DNA of 64,000 nt from a bacterium (GTDB taxonomy: Bacteria; Patescibacteriota; Saccharimonadia; CAILAD01; GCA-016700035): NCBI GenBank assembly GCA_020854115.1, contig JADZGC010000004.1:65665-129664 (forward strand). The letters run 5' to 3'. Made by a program: the position numbers and the translations under genes. Under the pieces are notes generated by a model. It made no database searches and was not told where the DNA came from. It saw only the letters and a program-made list of their open reading frames with translations. How positions within the stretch are numbered: position 1 is the first letter of the stretch; every line of letters begins with the position of its first letter. Positions 19,056 through 27,378 of the stretch are shown one piece after another.

Positions 19056-19094
19056 CGCAGATTGCGTCAAGTGCGGTAGGATAGAAGCATAACC

Positions 19095-19685
19095 ATGATC
19101 CACCGCACACTTCACTCCCTGAAAAAACTACCCACTCGAGTCCGTTCTCGGATGGGCGGGCATTTTATTAACCCTCGTGCGATTCTTGATGACCTGAAAA
19201 TTGAAGAGGGAGATGCTGTGCTAGAGCTAGGAAATCCCATAGGGTTCTTTGCGCCGGCAGCCGTAAGCTTACTAGGAACTCCTGGGCGCATGATCGTAGC
19301 TGGCCCGAATCAAGATTCCTTTGATCGCATCAAGAATCTCATAGAAGGCCGCCGAGTTGAGCCTGTACTCTTGGCCGATGTCTTACTCGGTAAAGCCCTC
19401 GAACGCCATGTGCTCGATACAGTACTGCTCACAAATCTACTTTCGTCATCAGTGCACCCGAATCAGTTCTGCTTGTCGCTTAATAGTTATCTCAAGCCCA
19501 AAAGCCGCATCGTTCTGATTGACTGGGAAGTCAATACTGGAGTTGGCCCCGAGCACGAGCGTAAAGTAAGTCGGGAGGATGCCATCCGCATGCTTTCAGG
19601 CTGTGGATGGAAATTTGAGTCAAGTTTGCGCACCCCAGGCTATCATTATGGACTTGTCTTCAGGAACAATCCTCCGGTAAGATAG
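19095..19685 (+). CDS. Class I SAM-methyltransferase-like protein with degenerate motif I
   Basis: VLELGNPIGFF (motif I-like), RIVLIDW (motif IV-like); weak. Confidence 0.35.
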   Translation: MIHRTLHSLKKLPTRVRSRMGGHFINPRAILDDLKIEEGDAVLELGNPIGFFAPAAVSLLGTPGRMIVAGPNQDSFDRIKNLIEGRRVEPVLLADVLLGKALERHVLDTVLLTNLLSSSVHPNQFCLSLNSYLKPKSRIVLIDWEVNTGVGPEHERKVSREDAIRMLSGCGWKFESSLRTPGYHYGLVFRNNPPVR

Positions 19686-19710
19686 TAGCAATATAACGAG
19701 GAGGTGAGGG

Positions 19711-20568
19711 GTGCAGATTTCCGAGTATTTATGGGTGCCATTAGCTACCTGGGCAATTGCTCAGAGTGTGAAGTTTTTTATTGCAGTTTTTAGGGGGCAA
19801 TATACTCCGTCGCTACTCTTCTCGTCGGGAGGTATGCCAAGCGTGCATTCGGCTACTGTGTCATCGCTCGCAACGGTAGCTTTGATCATCGGAGGCCCAG
19901 AGAACCCGCTCTTTGGGATTACCGGAGTAGTGGCGGCAATCGTGATGTACGATAGTCTCGGAGTGCGACGCTCGGCTGGTGAGCAGGCACGGATGCTCAA
20001 CCACCTGATCGATGATTTGATGCAATCTGGTGCCATCAAGACCCACAAGAAGTACGGACACTTGCGCGAGATATTAGGTCATCGGCCGCTCGAAGTTGTG
20101 ATCGGAGCAACGCTGGGTGTCTTGCTGGCTGCAGCCTTCAATGCATCGACTGTATTAGATCGTCTGCCGTGGCTCGTGGTACGCCCTAATGCTACTGCAA
20201 TGTTGATTGAACTGATTCTCGCGCTATTTCTGATGGCTGTAGGTATTCTAACCTGGGTATTGGCACGGCGCCCACAAGGTCGCTTAGCAAGCTATCGTCC
20301 ATTTGCAAGTCATATGGCTATTTCAAGTCTGGTGACAGCGCTGGTGCTTGGATTTTGTCTCCTAGTGCAGCGACAACAGATTGAGGGATGGCAGACATGG
20401 TTCGTGCTGCTAGTGGCTTTGATGGGCTTTGTATTTTGGCATCTAGGCCTGTGGTACCGTCTGCTCGTCGACGGCGCGTTACGTACGCCTGTCGAAACGA
20501 AGACATCTGCCCGTCGCGAGAAGTGGTTGAGCGCAGCCGGTAAGCGCCGCCAAAAAGCGTCTAAGTAA
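19711..20568 (+). CDS. YuiD/DUF212 divergent PAP2-family membrane protein with C-terminal TM extension
   Basis: SGGMPSVHSATVSSLA and GHRPLEVVIGATLG match DUF212 signature; additional C-terminal TM helices. Confidence 0.7.
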   Translation: MQISEYLWVPLATWAIAQSVKFFIAVFRGQYTPSLLFSSGGMPSVHSATVSSLATVALIIGGPENPLFGITGVVAAIVMYDSLGVRRSAGEQARMLNHLIDDLMQSGAIKTHKKYGHLREILGHRPLEVVIGATLGVLLAAAFNASTVLDRLPWLVVRPNATAMLIELILALFLMAVGILTWVLARRPQGRLASYRPFASHMAISSLVTALVLGFCLLVQRQQIEGWQTWFVLLVALMGFVFWHLGLWYRLLVDGALRTPVETKTSARREKWLSAAGKRRQKASK

Positions 20569-20587
20569 TTTCTGCTCTTAAAGAGGG

Positions 20588-20617
20588 TTGACTTACCTTT
20601 AGGAGATCAGGTAAAAT
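20588..20617 (+). promoter_or_regulatory. rRNA (16S) promoter TTGACT-N18-TAAAAT
   Basis: ttgact 20588-20593, taaaat 20612-20617; ~310 nt upstream of 16S. Confidence 0.5.
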
Positions 20618-20777
20618 CCTCTCTAGTAGCTTTTATTGTAGAAGCAACAAAAATACATCGGTTCCGCTCCGGCGAAAAATCCAAAAAAGAATCGCCACTC
20701 AGGAGCCATATTTTTTGACACATCTTGTGGTGTGTATGTAGATCCGATTGGATTGAATTTTACGAACAGCTACGATC

Positions 20778-20802
20778 TTTGACAAGTGAAACGTGTCAGT
20801 TC
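20778..20802 (+). other. 16S leader half of putative RNase III processing stem (pairs with 22640-22663)
   Basis: tttgacaagtgaaacgtgtcagttc is complementary (22 WC + 1 GU of 24) to gagctgacacgtttcactggtcaa downstream of 16S. Confidence 0.6.
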
Positions 20803-20929
20803 AACTTAAAAAAGTTTTAAAGTTGTTTTGTATTCGTCTAGATGACAGGATTACATGCATTTCGAGTCTTCACTGTTGGCTCGAAAGCATTCCAAGATAA
20901 CAGTGAAATGATTCTTTGAATCATTTGTG

Positions 20930-22456
<1,527 letters not shown>

Positions 22457-22664
22457 AGGGAGAAAGCTGACAGGTAACTGTTTTGGCGCCTTGAGTGCCA
22501 ACAGACCGTGATTGGTTCGAGCTAAAGAGCTTGCTCTTTGTGCTCACCACACATCATGACTCTGGCTATCCTAGGTCGATCGTTCACTTTTTATGAACGA
22601 TTCCTGTCATCTTGGATACAACACTTTAGCTTTTCTATCGAGCTGACACGTTTCACTGGTCAAT

Positions 22665-22696
22665 AAAAAACACCGCCTAATTCTGGCGGTGTTTTG
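22665..22696. terminator. Bidirectional intrinsic terminator (ends the 16S transcription unit and the convergent minus-strand gene)
   Basis: aaaaaa-CACCGCC-taattct-GGCGGTG-tttt. Confidence 0.7.
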
Positions 22697-22718
22697 AGTG
22701 TTTTTGATTTTTATGTGA

Positions 22719-22976
22719 TTATGTTTTGACTTGGAACATGCTGCGGATCGCATCACCCACAGGCGTGAGAATCCAGTCCCACATACCGATCATCGTGCCG
22801 ATGCCGAGTATCACGAGGCTAGCGCCTACTAGCTTAATGAACGCCGGCGTACCAGCGGTGATATGTCGCTCGACTGATGCGATAGCTCCGGTGAAGTTAT
22901 AGACTTGCTCATGAAACTTTAGGACTAAGAATCCAATCACGATCATGCTGAGGCCAATAAAAATTTGTGTAAACAT
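22719..22976 (-). CDS. Small two-TM membrane protein, hypothetical
   Basis: 85 aa; IFIGLSMIVIGFLVL and LVGASLVILGIGTMIGMW hydrophobic helices; tacaat box 7-12 nt upstream of ATG with no SD (possible leaderless/short leader). Confidence 0.45.
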   Translation of the reverse strand: MFTQIFIGLSMIVIGFLVLKFHEQVYNFTGAIASVERHITAGTPAFIKLVGASLVILGIGTMIGMWDWILTPVGDAIRSMFQVKT

Positions 22977-23163
22977 ATGTGCTATTGTACGGGTATTTGA
23001 GGTGTTAGTAAAAAATGGTGCCTCTTTACGCTGAGGCTCGAACCTATTTTATCTCAAAAATGTAAGTTTGTGCTAAATTGCTGCTCCGTGCGCAAATGGA
23101 AGTCCGTAGAGCCAAATGCTACCAGCCCCGCCGCCTGCGCCAGCAGAGCTGTCGCGCGCCCAG

Positions 23164-23250
23164 CCCAGCCAGACTAACTTTTTGCATTTTTTTAGATTTC
23201 CCCCGCCAAAAAATTCTTTTTAATTTAGGAAAAAGTTAGTCTGGCTGGGC
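23164..23250. repeat. Long imperfect palindrome/hairpin (20-bp arms, 46-nt spacer) formed by two copies of the ccagccagactaacttttt repeat
   Basis: cccagccagactaacttttt (23164-23183) vs aaaaagttagtctggctggg (23231-23250). Confidence 0.6.
23224..23249. repeat. Left copy of 26-bp perfect inverted repeat atttaggaaaaagttagtctggctgg
   Basis: Exact reverse complement of 25411-25436. Confidence 0.7.
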
Positions 23251-23452
23251 CGTTCGCCTGCCATAAATGGCAAGAGACGGCGGGGTTTCGTCCCTGCTGA
23301 CTTCTAATTTTACTTAAACCGAAAGTCCGTGTCGCGAACAAAAAATAAGGCCAGCGGCTACGCCGCTGACATATGCAGTTGTAGGCAATGGCTACATGCA
23401 TAAACTAGGAAAATAGCGCCGACTATAGCACTATATCTCAAAGCGAAAAACA

Positions 23453-24526
23453 CGTATAGAACTCAGGACCTTTGCAACATTTCAGCAGGCGTCAGTAACT
23501 GCAAGCCTAAGTGTACGCGCTTAGTGTTGTAGTAGTCGAGATACGTCGTAAGCTTATCTCGCTGGCACTTAAGCGACACACTCCTGTTCCAGTAGTAGCC
23601 AATACATTCGGTTTGGATGGTGCGGTTAAATCGCTTAATGTGAGCGTTGTCATTCGGTCGGTGCAGCCGACTGTGTCTAGTAGCAATGCCATGAGACCGC
23701 ATTACTTGCTCAAAATAGCGTCCGTACTCCGGCCCATTGTCAGCTTGTATCATAGTCACTCTAAAGCCCCAACTGTCTTGAGCTTCCAGTACAGCTTGAG
23801 CCGCTCGTCCCGGACTCAGCTTTGCCGCCAGGGTAACGTAAGCCATTCGGCTGAATAAGTCTATGACTGTGTAGTAGTACAGTCTCCTACCGCTACGGGG
23901 GTCAACATGGTGGATGGTATCCGTCTCAACTAATTCACCTGGTCTCACGGCATATGGACGATGAGGGTTATCTCGTTTGAGTCGTGGCTTCCTGGCACCA
24001 TCAAAGCAGTGATGACGCCGCAGAATACGACGCACACTGCTGAGGCTAAGTCTTACTCCAAGAGTGTTTGTTACGTAATACCAGACAATCTCAGCACAAC
24101 GCATTAACTTAGCCCGGGCAGCTAGAACGAGCCTGACTGTCGCCCCGGGAATAGCATTAGGACAAGTATGCGGCCTAGAGCTTAGTGTAGCGATTCGCCA
24201 GCTACAAGCAGTTAGCTTGTGAGCTAGGCTAACCGATCGGCTAGGCCGGTTAGGGTTGTCAAATTGGACATATCGGTTAAGCTTGTCCCATTTGCGTTTC
24301 CAGCGCCAGATGGTTGAGCGATGAACACCACACTTTCTTGCGACAACAGCCAGAGGTTGTTGGTCTTCGACCAGTAACCGCATAGCGGTTGCTCTGGCAC
24401 TAGGTAAGTTAGGGTTGATAGAATAAGCCATGGTAGGCTCCTTTCTTATTAGTTGTTGATACTAACAGTTTAGGACGCCTACCTTTTTTAGTTCAATTTA
24501 GGTTGCAAAGGTCTTGAGTTACTACG
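23453..24526 (-). mobile_element. IS481-family insertion sequence (1074 bp) with imperfect ~26-bp terminal IRs and perfect 6-bp target-site duplication AAAACA
   Basis: IRL cgtatagaactcaggacctttgcaac (23453-23478) vs IRR-rc cgtagtaactcaagacctttgcaac (24502-24526); flanking aaaaca at 23447-23452 and 24527-24532. Confidence 0.85.
23463..24431 (-). CDS. IS481-family DDE transposase (integrase core domain)
   Basis: 322 aa; ETDTIH, IQADNGPEY, RPNDNAHIKRFNRTIQ, N-terminal HTH (VARKCGVHRSTIWRWKRKW). Confidence 0.9.
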   Translation of the reverse strand: MAYSINPNLPSARATAMRLLVEDQQPLAVVARKCGVHRSTIWRWKRKWDKLNRYVQFDNPNRPSRSVSLAHKLTACSWRIATLSSRPHTCPNAIPGATVRLVLAARAKLMRCAEIVWYYVTNTLGVRLSLSSVRRILRRHHCFDGARKPRLKRDNPHRPYAVRPGELVETDTIHHVDPRSGRRLYYYTVIDLFSRMAYVTLAAKLSPGRAAQAVLEAQDSWGFRVTMIQADNGPEYGRYFEQVMRSHGIATRHSRLHRPNDNAHIKRFNRTIQTECIGYYWNRSVSLKCQRDKLTTYLDYYNTKRVHLGLQLLTPAEMLQRS

Positions 24527-24532
24527 AAAACA

Positions 24533-24562
24533 TTGACAAATACTATATGTTTATTATAAAAT
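24533..24562 (+). promoter_or_regulatory. Putative promoter TTGACA-N18-TAAAAT for the high-GC ORF, immediately adjacent to the IS481 duplication
   Basis: ttgaca 24533-24538 directly follows TSD 24527-24532; taaaat 24557-24562; SD aaggag 24601-24606. Confidence 0.45.
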
Positions 24563-24615
24563 ATACCGAGTGTTTCTCAATCCCGAGAGACTCGTACCTA
24601 AGGAGTGTGAGGCAG

Positions 24616-25236
24616 ATGCCCACAGGCTACACGTCCGACCTCTACGAGGGCAAGGATGTCGAGTTCTCTGATTTCGTCATGAAGTGCGCGAGGGCGTTCG
24701 GTGCTCTCGTTGAGCTCCGTGACGAGCCGCTCGACTCGCCTGTCCCGACGGAGTTCAAGCCGAGCAGCTACCACACGGAGCAGCTCGAGAAGGCCGAGGC
24801 GGACGTCGCTCGCATCAAAGCGTGGGACGACACCGAAGCTGACCGCCAGGCACAGCTCGCTTTCGAGCGCGCAACACATGAGTACCAAGAGTCGCAAGCT
24901 CGCGAGCTCGCGATGCGTGAGCGCTACGAGACAATGCTCGCCAAGGTTCAGGCTTGGACGCCGCCCACCCAGGAGCATCGCGAACTCAAGAACTTCATGG
25001 TCAAGCAACTAGAGAAGTCCATCGACTTCGACTGCAACACGACCTACCCGGAAGTTCCGGAGCGCCTCAGCGGTGCCGCCTACAAGGAGCAGCAACTCCA
25101 TTCGGCCCGTTGGCAGGTCTCGTACCACACCGAGCACGGTGAGGAAGAGATCAAGCGAGCCAAGGAGCGTACCGATTGGGTTCGGGCCTTGCGCCAGAGC
25201 CTCACGGAGTCCTCTGACACAACTGTCGAGGCCTGA
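24616..25236 (+). CDS. Hypothetical protein encoded by compositionally foreign high-GC DNA (GC3-rich), 206 aa
   Basis: ATG 24616 behind AAGGAG; codons overwhelmingly G/C-ending (gac ctc tac gag ggc aag ...); several overlapping alternative-frame ORFs on both strands typical of high-GC DNA; the 24514 upstream extension in the ORF track is AT-rich and non-coding. Confidence 0.65.
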   Translation: MPTGYTSDLYEGKDVEFSDFVMKCARAFGALVELRDEPLDSPVPTEFKPSSYHTEQLEKAEADVARIKAWDDTEADRQAQLAFERATHEYQESQARELAMRERYETMLAKVQAWTPPTQEHRELKNFMVKQLEKSIDFDCNTTYPEVPERLSGAAYKEQQLHSARWQVSYHTEHGEEEIKRAKERTDWVRALRQSLTESSDTTVEA

Positions 25237-25410
25237 GAGCACGAAACCCTGCACATGCAGGTCGGTAGGCAGAAAGTCTAGTAAGAGATCGTGGCAAAAC
25301 CACAATCACTGAACAACTTTCTACCTACCGTATAACCCGTCCATGAAGCGTAAAACAGCCATGCTGATGAGCCGTAAAGCGGCGAAACGGTTAGAAAAGT
25401 AGAATTAAAA

Positions 25411-25436
25411 CCAGCCAGACTAACTTTTTCCTAAAT
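25411..25436. repeat. Right copy of 26-bp perfect inverted repeat ccagccagactaactttttcctaaat
   Basis: Exact reverse complement of 23224-23249; lies 15 bp beyond the 3' end of tRNA-Ile. Confidence 0.7.
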
Positions 25437-25451
25437 CAAAAAGTTTCTTTA

Positions 25452-25528
25452 TGGTGGGCTTGGCAGGACTCGAACCTGCGACCTCGTCATTATCAGTGAC
25501 GCGCTCTAACCAGCTGAGCTACAAGCCC
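25452..25528 (-). tRNA. tRNA-Ile (anticodon GAU), CCA encoded
   Basis: Minus-strand cloverleaf gggcttgtagctcagctggttagagcgcgtcaCTGATAAtgacgaggtcgcaggttcgagtcctgccaagcccacca. Confidence 0.9.
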
Positions 25529-25561
25529 ACAATATATGGAAGGTTTAATCGATAGATATCA

Positions 25562-25638
25562 TGGTGGAGCATATCGGATTCGAACCGATGACCCCCTGCT
25601 TGCAAAGCAGGTGCTCTAGCCAGCTGAGCTAATGCCCC
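25562..25638 (-). tRNA. tRNA-Ala (anticodon UGC) with G3:U70 identity pair, CCA encoded
   Basis: ggggcattagctcagctggctagagcacctgcTTTGCAAgcagggggtcatcggttcgaatccgatatgctccacca. Confidence 0.9.
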
Positions 25639-25778
25639 ACGATTTGTTCCTAGCAAAATACATCAAATTGATATGAATATCGTATCTGAAGAACTGGCAT
25701 ATTGTACCTGTTTTTTATGATTTGAGCAAGGTCAATGCTCGGTTGTAAAAAGTCCTCCCCCACCGTAGCATAAATACT

Positions 25779-26450
25779 ATGCAAGTGTTACTCGTAGTTG
25801 TACTGACGGCAGCCGTGTTTGGCGGCATGGCATTTTACTTACTCAGTCGCGATAATGGTCAGGAGCCTATATGGGCGCTAGCTACAGTATTTCTTATAGG
25901 GCTCGCAGCAGCTCAACTCGCAGGTGTTATTAATGACAAGCTCATCCCGTACCCAGTTGATACGTCTATCGGCTTCGTTGGCGCTTTGGTGGTGGGGATT
26001 ATCCCTGGAATCTACGAGGAGATACTGAAGAGCCTGCCTGTAGCTTTCTTTGTTGGTAACCAGTCGTTTTTTCGGCAGCCAAGTGATGGGGTGATATATT
26101 TCGCGTTTTCTGGCCTGGCATTTGGCTTATTAGAGAACATTCAATATACTGTCCAGTTTGGGGCAATGGTTGGCTTTGACCGACTCCTGACATTATTATT
26201 CTTTCATGCTGCGACAAATGGCATATTTGGCTGGTATTTCTTCCGTGCTCGTCGGCGAGGTGACTGGAAGATTGCAGTACGTGCGGCGATCTTTTTGATG
26301 CTAGCCCATGCCGTATACAACTTCTCGGTCGCATATGCTGGGGCCATCCCATTGCTTCGTATGGTCGCCTACGTGATCTCAGTTGTTCTGAGTGTGTTGC
26401 TGATTCGAGTCTATGTATTGGCGCGCAAGGACGATAGACAAGCACGGTGA
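25779..26450 (+). CDS. PrsW/CPBP-like intramembrane protease family protein
   Basis: Polytopic; YEEILKS (EExxK), FFHAATNG and LAHAVYNF (HxxxN x2). Confidence 0.6.
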   Translation: MQVLLVVVLTAAVFGGMAFYLLSRDNGQEPIWALATVFLIGLAAAQLAGVINDKLIPYPVDTSIGFVGALVVGIIPGIYEEILKSLPVAFFVGNQSFFRQPSDGVIYFAFSGLAFGLLENIQYTVQFGAMVGFDRLLTLLFFHAATNGIFGWYFFRARRRGDWKIAVRAAIFLMLAHAVYNFSVAYAGAIPLLRMVAYVISVVLSVLLIRVYVLARKDDRQAR

Positions 26451-26495
26451 AGTCAGTCACAATATAAGATAAGCATAACTAATTTTTGGAGAATA

Positions 26496-27374
26496 ATGGA
26501 TCCGCGTATAGCATCGGGGGATGTAATGCAGCCAGGTGGCGGGACTCCCGCCGTACAATTGAATCCAAATCCGAGTATCGGAGTGGGGGAGATTGTTCGT
26601 CCAAACCCTGAGCAGTCAGTTGCTGCCGTACAGGCGCCGGTATATCCTCAAGCGCAGGCTATGGTGGTGCCTCCTATTGCCCCCAGCCCTATGCCACCCT
26701 TACCACAAGCGGCAGCACCCCAGCCTGTGCAAAACGGAGTACCGCAAGCACCAATAATGACTGCTCCATCGCCACCTCCCCAGATGATAGTACCTCCACC
26801 GGTAGCAATGCAGGCAGCTAACCAGCCGGTACCCGCCCAGCCAATGCCGCAGCCAATAGCTCCGCAGAGCCAGCCTGCTCCCGCACAGTTTGCGCCCGCC
26901 CCGCAGCAACCAGCACCGACGGCGCTTGTGCAAGGCGCTCCAATGATGGATGCGCTTGCACCGCGCCCCGCAGCTCCCTCGGTAGCTCCGGTGGCTACTC
27001 AGCCCCCCTCGGCGCAAGCTCCAGTACCAGCTCCGGTATCCACTAGTACAGTGAAATCAAACAAGCGATCAAGCCTAGCGCTTGCCGCTCTACTTGTCGG
27101 GGCAATGTCGGTTTTGTTAGAAATCTTTATTAGTAATCAGCTGAATTACATTATCGCTGTTGCTCCTGTAAGCCTTGCTGCCATAGGGTTGGGAGTACCG
27201 GCTCTCGGGAGCCCAAGACGTGGGCTTGCAATAGCTGGCGTAGTACTCGGCTCGCTGTCATTGGTCTCGGTAATTATCCTGTTTAGTGTTAATGCGGCAA
27301 CGCAGAGTCGCTGTAGCATTAACCCGACAAGCGACCCGCAGTGCCAGGCGGTACAACCAACAGTAGGAGGATAA
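26496..27374 (+). CDS. P/A/Q-rich low-complexity protein with C-terminal TM helices (DUF4190-like architecture)
   Basis: N-terminal PAPQ-rich region; C-terminal LALAALLVGAMSVLLEIFI / IIAVAPVSLAAIGLGV / LAIAGVVLGSLSLVSVIILF. Confidence 0.5.
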   Translation: MDPRIASGDVMQPGGGTPAVQLNPNPSIGVGEIVRPNPEQSVAAVQAPVYPQAQAMVVPPIAPSPMPPLPQAAAPQPVQNGVPQAPIMTAPSPPPQMIVPPPVAMQAANQPVPAQPMPQPIAPQSQPAPAQFAPAPQQPAPTALVQGAPMMDALAPRPAAPSVAPVATQPPSAQAPVPAPVSTSTVKSNKRSSLALAALLVGAMSVLLEIFISNQLNYIIAVAPVSLAAIGLGVPALGSPRRGLAIAGVVLGSLSLVSVIILFSVNAATQSRCSINPTSDPQCQAVQPTVGG

Positions 27375-27378
27375 TAAG

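Noticed and set aside
24514-24615. N-terminal 34-aa extension of the high-GC ORF as drawn in the ORF track
   Set aside because: The extension is AT-rich, contains the promoter itself and lacks an SD. The AAGGAG-ATG at 24616 coincides with the onset of high-GC coding sequence.
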